The notes under the pieces were generated by a model. It was not told the origin of the DNA. It made no database searches and saw only the letters and a list, made by a program, of their open reading frames with translations. Positions 50,581 to 60,448 of a stretch of DNA of 64,000 bases are shown here, piece by piece. The DNA is from an uncultured delta proteobacterium. GTDB taxonomy: Bacteria > Myxococcota_A > UBA9160 > UBA4427. Every line of letters begins with the position of its first letter. Within the stretch, counting starts at the first letter, position 1. The stretch spans positions 288,001-352,000 of the forward strand of contig CAWGJT010000006.1 in assembly GCA_963822965.1 (NCBI GenBank), read 5' to 3'. The position numbers were made by a program, and so were the translations under genes.

Positions 50581-51525
50581 GTGAAGATCCTCCTCGCCAG
50601 CCCGCGCGGCTTCTGTGCCGGCGTGGACCGCGCCATCGAGATCGTCGAGAGGGCGCTGGAGCGCTTCGACGAGCCCGTCTACGTCCGCCACGAGATCGTC
50701 CACAACCGGCACGTGGTGGACCGCCTGCGGGAGAAGGGCGCCGTCTTCGTCGACGAGCCCGAGGATGCGCCCCGGGAGGCCCGCCTCATCTTCAGCGCGC
50801 ACGGCGTCTCCCAGCGGGTTCGCAGCGCCGCCGAGCAGGCCCGGCTGCAGACCATCGACGCGACCTGCCCCCTGGTCACCAAGGTCCACAACGAGGTGAA
50901 GCGGCTGGTCTCCGAAGGCCACCAGATCGTGATGATCGGCCACTCCGGCCACGTCGAGGTGGAGGGCACCATGGGACAGGCGCCCGAGGACATGCTGCTG
51001 GTGGAGACGGTGGACGACGTGGCGCTCCTCCAGGTGCGCGATCCCGACCGCCTCGGCTGCGTCACCCAGACCACCCTGTCCGTGGACGACACCCGCGACA
51101 TCCTCGACGCCCTGCGATCGCGCTTCCCCCGGATCGTGCTGCCGAAGCGCGACGACATCTGCTACGCGACGCAGAACCGGCAGGACGCCGTCAAGCAGCT
51201 CGCCCACGAGGCGCAGCTCGTGCTCGTCGTCGGTGCGCCCGCTTCCTCGAACAGCAATCGTCTGGTCGAGGTGGCCGCCAAGCGGGGCGTCGAGAGCCAC
51301 CTGATCCAGAACGTCGAGGACATCGATCCGGCCTGGCTGGCGGACGTGTCGTGCGTGGGGGTCACGGCCGGCGCCTCGACGCCGGAGTTCCTGGTCGAGC
51401 AGGTGGTCGAGCACCTGCTGGCGGTCGGCGGTCCGGACAGCGAGGTCGCGACCCGCGGCAACGTCGAGGAGCACGTCACCTTCAAGCTGCCGGCGGAGGT
51501 GCGCCACGACGGCGAGCCGGCCTGA
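50581..51525 (+). CDS. ispH: 4-hydroxy-3-methylbut-2-enyl diphosphate reductase
   Basis: [40 protein letters not shown]. Confidence 0.98.
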   Translation: MKILLASPRGFCAGVDRAIEIVERALERFDEPVYVRHEIVHNRHVVDRLREKGAVFVDEPEDAPREARLIFSAHGVSQRVRSAAEQARLQTIDATCPLVTKVHNEVKRLVSEGHQIVMIGHSGHVEVEGTMGQAPEDMLLVETVDDVALLQVRDPDRLGCVTQTTLSVDDTRDILDALRSRFPRIVLPKRDDICYATQNRQDAVKQLAHEAQLVLVVGAPASSNSNRLVEVAAKRGVESHLIQNVEDIDPAWLADVSCVGVTAGASTPEFLVEQVVEHLLAVGGPDSEVATRGNVEEHVTFKLPAEVRHDGEPA

Positions 51526-51565
51526 GCCGCCCTTCGTTCCGTCGCTGCCCGCGGTCGGGGCGCCG

Positions 51566-53866
51566 TCAGGCGAGGCTGCCGGCGGACTCCTTCGTGTCCT
51601 GGAAGTCGAAGCGGAAGCGCCGGCCCTTCTCGGCGGCGGGGTCGTCTTCCGCCACCACCCGGACGCGGCCACCCTTCTCGAGTCGGCCGAAGAGCACCTC
51701 CTCGGTCAGGGGGTCCTTGATCTCCCGTTGGATCACCCGGGCCAGGGGGCGGGCGCCGAAGTCCGGGTCGTAGCCCTTCTCGGCCAGCAGCTGGCGCGCC
51801 GATTCGGCCAGCTCGATGGTGATGCGGCGCTCCCGCAGCTGCTCCTGCAGCTCGCCGACGAACTTGTCGACGACGCGCTCCATGACCTCGGGCCGCAGGT
51901 TCTGGAAGAAGACGACCTCGTCGAGGCGGTTCCGGAACTCCGGGCTGAAGATCTTCTCGACGGCCTCGCGCCCGTCGCCCACGCGCCCCCCGGCGAAGCC
52001 GATGGACTGGGTGGTCATCTCCCGGGCGCCCGCGTTGGACGTCATGATGAGCGTCACGTGCCGGAAGTCGGCTTCGCGACCCTGGTTGTCCGTGAGGGTC
52101 GCGTGGTCCATCACCTGCAGCAGCACGTCGTAGATGTCCGGATGCGCCTTCTCGATCTCGTCGAGTAGCAGCACCGCGTAGGGCTGCTTCCGGATCTGCT
52201 CGATCAGCATGCCTCCCTGGTCGTAGCCCACGTAGCCCGGGGGCGCGCCGATGAGACGGGAGACCGCGTGCTTCTCCATGTACTCGCTCATGTCGTACCG
52301 CAGGAACGGCACGCCGAGGACCTTCGCCAGCTGCTTGGACAGCTCGGTCTTGCCCACGCCCGTCGGACCCGTGAACAGGAAGCAACCGATGGGTCGGTCC
52401 ACCCCGCCGAGGCCCGCCCGGGAGCGCTTCACGGCCCGGGCCACGAGCTCCACCGCCGCGTCCTGGCCGAAGACCACCCGCCGCAGCGAGTTCTCGAGAT
52501 CCTCGAGACGGCTCTTCTCCTCGCCCGCGGTCCGCTCGAGCGGCACCTGCGCCATGCGCGCCACCACGCGCTCCACGTCGCGCACGCCCACGGTCTTGCG
52601 CGGGCGCGCGGAAGGTCGCAGGCGCACGGCGGCGCCGGTCTCGTCCATGACGTCGATCGCCTTGTCCGGCAGGAAGCGGTCGTTCAGGTGGCGCACCGCG
52701 AGGTCCACGCAGGCCTTGAGGGCCGCCCCCGTGAAGCGCACCCCGTGGTGCTCCTCGTAGCGGGGCGCCAGCCCCTTGAGGATGCGGACGCACTCCTCCT
52801 CCGAGGGCTCGGGCACGTCCACCTTCTGGAATCGGCGGGAGAGCGCCCGGTCCCGCTCGAAGTGGCGGTACTCCTGGTAGGTCGTCGAGCCCATGCAGCG
52901 CAGCTTCCCCTCGGAGAGGATCGGCTTCAGGAGGTTCGACGCGTCGACAGTGGTGCCCTGGGCGGAGCCCGCCCCCAGGATGGTGTGGATCTCGTCGATG
53001 AACAGGATGGGATGCTCCTGCTTGAGGAGCTCGTTCATCAAGGCCTTGAAGCGCGCCTCGAAGTCACCCCGGTAGCGCGTGCCAGCGAGCAGGGCGCCGA
53101 GATCGAGCGAGAAGATCTCGGAGCCCTTCATGTCCTCCGGGACACGCCCCTCGTGGATGCGAAGGGCCAGGCCCTCGGCGAGGGCGGTCTTGCCCACCCC
53201 CGACTCGCCGACGAAGATCGGGTTGTTCTTGCGCCGTCGCGCCAGGATGTGGGTGATGCGCTCGAGCTCGGCTCCGCGCCCGATGAGGGGATCGAGCTGT
53301 CCGGCCGCGGCCCGCTCCGTGAGATTGCTGCAGAAGGCCTGCAGGGGGTCGGCGGGGATCTCGCCCGCCTCCTCGCCGCCGCCCGGGCGCCCCATGAAGC
53401 CTTCGAGCTCGTCCTCGTCCCCGCTCGCCGCCTTGGAGATGCCGTGGGACACGTACTGCAGAACGTCCAGGCGGGTGACCCCCTGGGATCGGAGCAGGGT
53501 GACCGCGTAGGAGTCGGGCTCGTGGAAGAGCGCGGCGATCACGTCGCCCGCCTCCACTTCCTCCTTCTCGGCGCTGACGGTGTGATCGAGGGCGTGCTGC
53601 AGCACCCGATGGAAGGCGATGGTCTGCCGCGTCTCCACCGCGTCCTCGCCGGGCACGCGCTCGAGGTCCTCGTCGAAGAAGCGCTCGAGCTCGTGCTTCA
53701 GGACGTCCACGCGGGCGCCGCTGTTGCGCAGCACGTCGATCCCGTCCTCGTCGTGGCAGAGGGCGAAGAGCAGGTGCTCGACGGTCACGTAGGCGTGCCG
53801 GCGGGCCACGGCCTCGCGGATCGCGGCCTGCACGGTCATCTGGAGCTCTCGGCTGAAGCTACTCAT
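51566..53866 (-). CDS. clpA: ATP-dependent Clp protease ATP-binding subunit ClpA
   Basis: Two AAA modules (GESGVGKT, GPTGVGKT), no long M domain, downstream of clpS. Confidence 0.96.
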   Translation of the reverse strand: MSSFSRELQMTVQAAIREAVARRHAYVTVEHLLFALCHDEDGIDVLRNSGARVDVLKHELERFFDEDLERVPGEDAVETRQTIAFHRVLQHALDHTVSAEKEEVEAGDVIAALFHEPDSYAVTLLRSQGVTRLDVLQYVSHGISKAASGDEDELEGFMGRPGGGEEAGEIPADPLQAFCSNLTERAAAGQLDPLIGRGAELERITHILARRRKNNPIFVGESGVGKTALAEGLALRIHEGRVPEDMKGSEIFSLDLGALLAGTRYRGDFEARFKALMNELLKQEHPILFIDEIHTILGAGSAQGTTVDASNLLKPILSEGKLRCMGSTTYQEYRHFERDRALSRRFQKVDVPEPSEEECVRILKGLAPRYEEHHGVRFTGAALKACVDLAVRHLNDRFLPDKAIDVMDETGAAVRLRPSARPRKTVGVRDVERVVARMAQVPLERTAGEEKSRLEDLENSLRRVVFGQDAAVELVARAVKRSRAGLGGVDRPIGCFLFTGPTGVGKTELSKQLAKVLGVPFLRYDMSEYMEKHAVSRLIGAPPGYVGYDQGGMLIEQIRKQPYAVLLLDEIEKAHPDIYDVLLQVMDHATLTDNQGREADFRHVTLIMTSNAGAREMTTQSIGFAGGRVGDGREAVEKIFSPEFRNRLDEVVFFQNLRPEVMERVVDKFVGELQEQLRERRITIELAESARQLLAEKGYDPDFGARPLARVIQREIKDPLTEEVLFGRLEKGGRVRVVAEDDPAAEKGRRFRFDFQDTKESAGSLA

Positions 53867-53981
53867 CCTGCCCTTTCCGGTTCGACCTTCTCGTCCTGCC
53901 GCCCGTCCTTCCGCGGCCCCTTCGCCCCGGCTCGCGACGCGAGCGCCGCCGCGGGTCCCGACCCGGTCAGGGTAGCCGGCC

Positions 53982-54350
53982 TCATTCCTTCTCGACCCCC
54001 GAGCGGAGCGGATAGCCGCGCTCTTCGGCCGCACGGTGCACCGCGGCGACCTTCGTCTCGGCGATCTCGAGCACGTATACCCCCGCTACGCCCACCCCCC
54101 CGCGGTGGATGGCGAGCATGATCTGCGTGGCCGCCGCGGGGCTCTTGCCGAAGAGCTGCTCGAGGATCTGCACGACGAACTCCATCGGCGTGTAGTCGTC
54201 GTTGAAGAGCAGCACCTTGTAACGCTGGGGCCGGGACGTCTTCGAGCGCGACCGGGTTGCGACCCCACCTTCGCGCTCTCTCGTCGGGCTGGCCGGATCC
54301 TGGGGGGGTTGCTGGCTTCCGCCGCCGGAGGCGGCACGCGCTCTCGCCAT
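53982..54350 (-). CDS. clpS: Clp protease adaptor ClpS
   Basis: YKVLLFNDDYTPMEFVV; EIAETK; YPL. Confidence 0.97.
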   Translation of the reverse strand: MARARAASGGGSQQPPQDPASPTREREGGVATRSRSKTSRPQRYKVLLFNDDYTPMEFVVQILEQLFGKSPAAATQIMLAIHRGGVGVAGVYVLEIAETKVAAVHRAAEERGYPLRSGVEKE

Positions 54351-54451
54351 GGACCCAGGTTAGCGCCTCGTTTCGTGATCGCCCGGTGCTCCGCGGGCCG
54401 CACCGTCGCGAAGCAGCCCGCGCGGGGAGGCGAGGAAGAGCCCCTGCTAGC

Positions 54452-54627
54452 CCCAATGCGTCAGTCGGTGCGCGTCCTGCGTGCCGCAGCCCCTGCCAGC
54501 CCTCGCGGATCGTGCGAGAACGGCGGAACCAGCCCGAGCGCGACAACCTCACTCCCATGAGGTCCCGGCGTCGGGCTCGGATCGCGGCACGGACCGAGCA
54601 AGACGCAGCGATTCGCCGGGCATTGGG
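54452..54627 (+). ncRNA. Candidate structured RNA (long closing stem plus three-way junction); strand tentative
   Basis: Nested complementary segments: cccaatgc/gcattggg, gcgtc/gacgc, gtgccgc/gcggcac, ctgcc/ggcgg, ctcgc/gcgag, agcccga/tcgggct, acctca/tgaggt. Confidence 0.45.
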
Positions 54628-54633
54628 AGTTGC

Positions 54634-54660
54634 GCCCTGATCCGCATGACGGATCAGGGC
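54634..54660. other. Perfect 11-bp inverted repeat (terminator-like hairpin or operator)
   Basis: gccctgatccg-catga-cggatcagggc directly before the TAGACT -10 of the GNAT gene. Confidence 0.65.
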
Positions 54661-54672
54661 TAGACTGCGCGG

Positions 54673-55818
54673 ATGGCCGACGTCGAGGTCGCGGAAGGCG
54701 TCGCCGCCCTCCCCCGCGATGACTGGAACGCCCTGGTCGGCGACCAATCGCCGTTCCTCGAGTGGGACTGGCTCGCGTCGCTCGAGGACGCCGGCACGCT
54801 CACGGACCGAACGGGCTGGCTCCCCCACCCGCTGGTGGTGCGCCGCCGCGGGAGGCTGGTCGCCGCCTGTCCGCTGTACGTGAAGGGTCACAGCCAGGGC
54901 GAGTTCGTCTTCGACTGGGGCTGGGCGGACGCCGCCGAGAACGCCGGCATCCGCTACTACCCGAAGCTGCTCGTCGCGGTTCCCTTCACGCCGGTCACCG
55001 GCGCCCGCTTCCTGGTGGCGCCGGGCGAGGACCGGGCCCATTGGACCCGCCTGCTGGCCGCGGCCCTGCGCGAGCTGTGCCTCGCCCAGAGGCTCTCCTC
55101 GGTGCACGTCAACTTCTGTCTCCCCGAGGAGGCCGACGCCCTGGCGGAGAGCGGCTTTCTCACCCGCGTGGGAATTCAGTACCACTGGCACAACGAGGGC
55201 TACGCGAGCTTCGACGACTACCTGGCGCGCTTCCGCAGCAAGCGGCGCAACCAGATCCGCCGCGAGCAGCGCCAGCTCGCCGAGAGCGGCGTGGTCGTGC
55301 GCGCCCTGGCCGGCGACGAGATCGGTGACGAGCTGTTCCGACCCATGTTCGACTTCTACCTCTCGACGATCGAGAGTCGATACTGGGGCCGCCAGTACCT
55401 CAACTACGACGTCTTCGAGGCGGTCCGCGAGCGCTTCCGGGAGCGCCTGGTCTTCGTGGTCGCCTACCAGGACGGCGAGCCCATCGCCGGCACGTTCAAC
55501 GTCGCCAAGGGAGACGCGCTCTACGGCCGCTACTGGGGCGCCACCCGCTTCGTCCGCCATCTCCACTTCAACGTCTGTTACTACGCGGCCGTGGACTACT
55601 GCATCCGGAACGGGCTGACGCGCTTCGAGCCGGGCGCGGGCGGCGAGTACAAGCAGCTCCGCGGCTTCGACGCGCAGCCGACCTGGAGCGCGCACTTCCT
55701 GGCCGACCCGCGGCTGTCCCGCGCCGTGGAGCACTATCTCGAGCGGGAACGCGCCCAGGCCAACCAGCAGGTGGAGTGGATCCGCGAGCGCAGCGCGCTG
55801 AAGCCCGCCGGCCGCTGA
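54673..55818 (+). CDS. GNAT/FemAB-like acyltransferase (DUF482 family)
   Basis: PLYVKGHSQGEFVFDWGWA, YYPKL..VPFTPVTG, LYGRYWG, LHFNVCYY, FEPGAGGE. Confidence 0.9.
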   Translation: MADVEVAEGVAALPRDDWNALVGDQSPFLEWDWLASLEDAGTLTDRTGWLPHPLVVRRRGRLVAACPLYVKGHSQGEFVFDWGWADAAENAGIRYYPKLLVAVPFTPVTGARFLVAPGEDRAHWTRLLAAALRELCLAQRLSSVHVNFCLPEEADALAESGFLTRVGIQYHWHNEGYASFDDYLARFRSKRRNQIRREQRQLAESGVVVRALAGDEIGDELFRPMFDFYLSTIESRYWGRQYLNYDVFEAVRERFRERLVFVVAYQDGEPIAGTFNVAKGDALYGRYWGATRFVRHLHFNVCYYAAVDYCIRNGLTRFEPGAGGEYKQLRGFDAQPTWSAHFLADPRLSRAVEHYLERERAQANQQVEWIRERSALKPAGR

Positions 55819-55825
55819 GCGCGAC

Positions 55826-56695
55826 TCAGGCCAGCAACGCTTCGACGCTCGCGGGATCTCCGTCGAAGGGCCCCACGTGGCGCAGCTTCAGGGCGGCGGC
55901 CGCGGCGCCGAAGCGCGCGGCGGAGACCACGTCCCGGCCCTTCAGGCGCGCGAACACGTAGCCCGCCATGAACGTGTCGCCACAGCCCGTGGGGTCGACC
56001 GGCCGCTCGGTGGCCACCGCCCCGACGCGATGCACCTCGTCCCGGTGACATACCACCGAGCCCCGGCCGGCGAGGGTGACCAGCACCTCCTCGGGCCCCC
56101 AGCTCGCGAGCCGGCGGGCCGATCGCTCGGGGTCGCCTTCTCCGGTGAGGACCCGCGCCTCGTCCTCGTCGGCCTTCAGAACGGAGACGCCCGCGAGGCC
56201 GCGCTCCTTCTCGGGCCAGTCCGCCAGCTCCACGCCGCCGCGCACGATGCGGCGGACGAGGCCCTGGACGTCCAGGGAGACCCGGCCGCGTCGCGCCACG
56301 GCCTCGAGGAACTCGAGGGACATGTCGTCGTGGGTCAGCGGGCCCAGGTGGAAGAGGCGCGCCCGAACGTCGCCGAGGTCCGCGGGCACGAACGGCAGCG
56401 CCACGGCGCCCACCCGCTGCACCCGTCGGTCCCGATCGTCGTCGAGGTAGCGGTTCTCGAACTCGGTGGTCTTGGGGCTGTCGGAGCGGGCGACCTCGAT
56501 GCCGAGCTCGCGCTCCCCGGCCAGCAGGGCGTCGGCGTCCTCCTGGGCCATGCGGGTGAGCACCGCCACGTCTCCCCCCAGGCGCGCGAGGGCCAGCGAG
56601 AAGTAGGTGGCGGTTCCGCCGGCGCACTCCAGCCACCCGCTGGGCGTGGCGAGGCGGTCGACGGTCACGTGGCCGATCACCCAGACGTCGTGCAT
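55826..56695 (-). CDS. PfkB-family carbohydrate kinase
   Basis: GHVTVD, AGGTATY, VDPTGCGDTF; TGATG coupling to lipA. Confidence 0.88.
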   Translation of the reverse strand: MHDVWVIGHVTVDRLATPSGWLECAGGTATYFSLALARLGGDVAVLTRMAQEDADALLAGERELGIEVARSDSPKTTEFENRYLDDDRDRRVQRVGAVALPFVPADLGDVRARLFHLGPLTHDDMSLEFLEAVARRGRVSLDVQGLVRRIVRGGVELADWPEKERGLAGVSVLKADEDEARVLTGEGDPERSARRLASWGPEEVLVTLAGRGSVVCHRDEVHRVGAVATERPVDPTGCGDTFMAGYVFARLKGRDVVSAARFGAAAAALKLRHVGPFDGDPASVEALLA

Positions 56696-57627
56696 CAGCG
56701 TGCGAGCAGCCTCTCCCGGGCGACCCGCAGGCGCGCGAAGTCCTCTCCGGCGTGATAGGAAGAGCGCGTGAGAGGGCTGGCGGAGACCAGCAGGAAGCCA
56801 CGCTCCCGCGCCGCCGCGGCGAGCGCGTCGAACTCGTCCGGCTCCACGTAGCGATCGACCGGAGCGTGGCGGAGCGTCGGGCGCAGGTACTGCCCGATCG
56901 TCAGGAAGTCGACGTCCGCGGCGCGCAGGTCGTCCATCAACGCATGCACCTCCTCGAAGCGCTCGCCGAGACCCACCATGATCCCCGACTTCGTGAAGAG
57001 CGAGGGATCGCGACGCTTGGCGTTCGCCAGCAGCCCCACGGAGTGCTCGTAGCTGGCGCCCGGGCGGATGCGCCGGTACAGCCGCGGCACGGTCTCGCAG
57101 TTGTGGTTGAAGACGTCGGGCCCGGCGTCCACCACCCGCTCGAGGGCGCCGGGCTTGCGCCGGAAGTCGGGCGTCAGCACCTCGACGGTCGTGTCCGGCG
57201 CCGCGCGCCGCAGGGCTTCGATGCAGCGCGCGAAGTGGCCGGCGCCACCGTCCTCCAGGTCGTCCCGGTCGACGGAGGTGACCACCACGTGCTCGAGGCC
57301 GAGCTCGCGCACCGCGGCGGCCAGATGCTCGGGCTCCGCGGCGTCCACCGGGTCGGGGACGCCGGTCGCCACGTTGCAGAACGCGCAGGCCCGGGTGCAC
57401 ACGCTGCCCAGGATCATCACCGTCGCGTGCTTCTTCGCCCAGCACTCGCCGAGGTTCGGGCAGGCCGCCTCTTCGCACACGGTGTGGAGGCCCTGTCGAC
57501 GCATGAGCTTGCGCGTCTCGTTCACCTCGGGGCCGTGCGAGAGGCGCACCTTCAGCCACGGGGGCTTGCGCGCCGGCCTGTCGGCGGCGTGCGCGGCGTT
57601 GCGGATCTGCAAGAGGTCGTCGGCCAT
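56695..57627 (-). CDS. lipA: Lipoyl synthase
   Basis: [26 protein letters not shown]. Confidence 0.98.
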   Translation of the reverse strand: MADDLLQIRNAAHAADRPARKPPWLKVRLSHGPEVNETRKLMRRQGLHTVCEEAACPNLGECWAKKHATVMILGSVCTRACAFCNVATGVPDPVDAAEPEHLAAAVRELGLEHVVVTSVDRDDLEDGGAGHFARCIEALRRAAPDTTVEVLTPDFRRKPGALERVVDAGPDVFNHNCETVPRLYRRIRPGASYEHSVGLLANAKRRDPSLFTKSGIMVGLGERFEEVHALMDDLRAADVDFLTIGQYLRPTLRHAPVDRYVEPDEFDALAAAARERGFLLVSASPLTRSSYHAGEDFARLRVARERLLAR

Positions 57628-57630
57628 GGC

Positions 57631-59034
57631 TCAGATGTGGATGGCCCGCCCGAAGGCCTCGAGCACGGACTCGTGCATCATCTCGGACAGGGTCGGATGC
57701 GCGAAGATGGTGTGCATCAGCTCCGCCTCCGTGGTTTCGAGACCCATGGCGATCACGAAGCCCTGGATCAGCTCGGTCACCTCGGCACCGATCAGGTGGG
57801 CCCCCAGCAGCTCCCCGGTCTTCGCCTCGAAGATCGTCTTGACCAGGCCCTCGGTCTCTCCCAACGCGATCGCCTTGCCGTTGCCCACGTACGGGAAGCG
57901 CCCGATCTTCACCTCGAGCCCCTGCTCGGCGGCCGCCGCCTCGGTGAGGCCCACGCTGGCGATCTGGGGACGGCAGTAGGTGCAGCCCGGAATGCGGTTG
58001 CGGTCCATCGGGTGCAGCCCCTCGACGCCCGCGATGCGCTCCGCCGCCAGCACGCCCTCGTGGGTGGCCTTGTGGGCGAGCCAGGGCGGCCCGGCCACGT
58101 CGCCGATCGCGAACACCCCCGGCTCGCCGGTCTCGCACCACTCGTTCACCACGATGTGGCCCCGGTCGACCGCCACCCCGGTCCCCTCGAGCCCGAGATC
58201 CTCGACGTTGCCGGTGATGCCGACCGCCAGGATCACCCGTTCGGCCTCCACCGTCTTGGTTCCCCCGTCCTCGAACGCGACGGTGGCCACCACGCCGCCT
58301 CCCGAGCGCTCGACGCTCGACACCGTAGCGGCCGTGAAGATCTGCACCCCCTGCTTCTTGAACTGCTTGTGGGCGAACGCCGAGATCTCCTCGTCCTCCA
58401 CCGGGAGGATGCGGGGCAGCGCCTCCACCACCGTCACCTCGGCGCCGAGGTCGCGGTAGAAGCTGGCGAACTCCATGCCGATGGCGCCCGAGCCCACCAC
58501 CAGCACCGACGCGGGCATGGCCTCGGGGACCATCGCCTCCTTGTAGGTCCAGATGCGCTCGCCGTCGGGCTCGAGACCCGGCAGCACCCGGGCGCGCGCA
58601 CCCGTGGCCAGCACCACGTGGGCCGCGCTCAGATCGGCCACCGAAGCGCCGTCCTTCTCCACCGCCACCCGTCCGGGCCCAGCGAGACGGCCGCGCCCGT
58701 CGAACACCTGCACCCCGTTCTTCTTGAGCAGGCTCTTCACGCCGGTGGCGAGACGCTTCGCCACCTTGCGCGAGCGCTGCACGATCCGCCCGACGTCGAA
58801 CGAGACGTCGCTCGCGCTGAACCCGAACTCGTCGAGCCGTCCGAGCAGGTGGTTGATCTCGGAGCTCCGCAGCAGGGCCTTGGTGGGGATGCAGCCCCAG
58901 TTGAGACAGATCCCGCCCAGGTGCTCGCGCTCGACGAGGGCCACCCGCCGGCCGAGCTGGCTGGCGCGGATCGCGGCCGGATAGCCCCCCGGTCCCCCAC
59001 CCACCACGATGACGTCGAAGGCCGACTCCGACAC
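57631..59034 (-). CDS. lpdA: Dihydrolipoyl dehydrogenase (E3)
   Basis: GGGPGGY, GGICLNWGCIPTK, GSGAIG, HPTLSE. Confidence 0.97.
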   Translation of the reverse strand: MSESAFDVIVVGGGPGGYPAAIRASQLGRRVALVEREHLGGICLNWGCIPTKALLRSSEINHLLGRLDEFGFSASDVSFDVGRIVQRSRKVAKRLATGVKSLLKKNGVQVFDGRGRLAGPGRVAVEKDGASVADLSAAHVVLATGARARVLPGLEPDGERIWTYKEAMVPEAMPASVLVVGSGAIGMEFASFYRDLGAEVTVVEALPRILPVEDEEISAFAHKQFKKQGVQIFTAATVSSVERSGGGVVATVAFEDGGTKTVEAERVILAVGITGNVEDLGLEGTGVAVDRGHIVVNEWCETGEPGVFAIGDVAGPPWLAHKATHEGVLAAERIAGVEGLHPMDRNRIPGCTYCRPQIASVGLTEAAAAEQGLEVKIGRFPYVGNGKAIALGETEGLVKTIFEAKTGELLGAHLIGAEVTELIQGFVIAMGLETTEAELMHTIFAHPTLSEMMHESVLEAFGRAIHI

Positions 59035-59212
59035 GGAAACCTCCCTTCCTTCGTCCCCTCGTCCCTGTCCGCGCTGCGGTCTCCGCGGGCACGGTACCAC
59101 CTTCCGCGGCGGCATCCCGCTCGCAGCCCGCGCCCCGCTCATCGACCGCTTCCGGCGGGCGCTGGAGCCGCGGACGCCTCGGCGCGGATTCCATGCGGGG
59201 TAGACTCGCCGC

Positions 59213-60439
59213 ATGGCAGACAACGGCCCGCTGTCGGGTGTCACGATCGTCGACCTCACCCGGGTGCTCGCCGGCCCGTACTGCACCATGGTCCTCTACG
59301 ACCTGGGGGCCCGGGTGATCAAGGTGGAGCGTCCGGGCACGGGGGACGACGCGCGCACCATCGGCCCCTTCGTGTCGGCGGACCGCGAGGCGGGCGGTGC
59401 CCGGGAGTCCGCCTACTTCCTGTCGCTCAACCGGGGCAAGGAGAGCATCGCCCTCGACCTCCGGGACGACGGCGATCGCGCGATCTTCGAGAAGCTGCTC
59501 GCGAGGGCCGACGTGCTCGTGGAGAACTACCGCCCCGGCACCCTCGAGAAGCTCGGCTACGGCTGGGAGGCGCTCCACCCGCGCTTTCCCCGGCTCGTCT
59601 ACGCGGCCGCGTCGGGCTTCGGACACAGCGGCCCCTACTCGCGAAGGCCCGCCTACGACATGGTGGTCCAGGGGATGGGCGGGATCATGAGCCTCACCGG
59701 GACCCCCGGCGGCCCGCCCACCCGGGTGGGATCGTCGATCGGCGACATCACGGCCGGTCTGTTCACCGCCGTCGGCGTGATCGCGGCCCTCTACGAGCGG
59801 CGGGAGACGGGCGTCGGACGCAAGATCGACGTGGCGATGCTCGACTGCCAGGTGGCGATCCTCGAGAACGCCATCGCGCGCTACCAGGCCACCGGCGAGG
59901 TGCCGGGTCCCCTCGGCTCCCGGCATCCCTCCATCACCCCCTTCGAGGCATTCCGCACCGCGGACGGCTTCGTCATCGTGGCCGCGGGTAACGACGCCCT
60001 CTTCCGGAAGCTGTGCGACACCCTGGAGCGACCCGACCTGGCGGCGCGCGCCGAGTTCGCGAGCAACGAGCTGCGCACGCGTCACCACGATGCGTTGCGC
60101 ATCCTGCTGGAGGACACGCTCTCCCGGGAGGACACCGCCACCTGGCTCGCGCGCCTCGAGGCCGCCGACATTCCCTGCGGGCCCATCAACGACGTGGCCC
60201 AGGTGCTGTCGGACGTCCACGTCCGCGCGCGCAACATGGTGGTGGAGGTGCCGGGCCCGGGCGGCCGCCCGATCTCCATCGCCGGCAACCCGATCAAGCT
60301 CGACGGCGGCGCCGACCCGCCCACCCGCCCGCCGGCGCCGGCCCTCGACGCCGACCGCGACCGGATCCTGCGAGAGCTCGCGGAGCCCGGGCCCGAGCGG
60401 GCCGCCGGCCCCGCACGCCCCGCCCGGGAGAGCCGCTAA
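59213..60439 (+). CDS. CaiB/BaiF class III CoA transferase
   Basis: DLTRVLAGP, LGARVIKVE, NRGKES, ENYRPG, AYDMVVQ. Confidence 0.95.
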   Translation: MADNGPLSGVTIVDLTRVLAGPYCTMVLYDLGARVIKVERPGTGDDARTIGPFVSADREAGGARESAYFLSLNRGKESIALDLRDDGDRAIFEKLLARADVLVENYRPGTLEKLGYGWEALHPRFPRLVYAAASGFGHSGPYSRRPAYDMVVQGMGGIMSLTGTPGGPPTRVGSSIGDITAGLFTAVGVIAALYERRETGVGRKIDVAMLDCQVAILENAIARYQATGEVPGPLGSRHPSITPFEAFRTADGFVIVAAGNDALFRKLCDTLERPDLAARAEFASNELRTRHHDALRILLEDTLSREDTATWLARLEAADIPCGPINDVAQVLSDVHVRARNMVVEVPGPGGRPISIAGNPIKLDGGADPPTRPPAPALDADRDRILRELAEPGPERAAGPARPARESR

Positions 60440-60448
60440 GCTCACCGC

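Noticed and set aside
54452..54627. Retron msr-msd or 6S RNA identity for the structured region
   Set aside because: No reverse transcriptase nearby, no zapA/ygfA context and no recognisable 6S motifs; kept only as an unassigned candidate.
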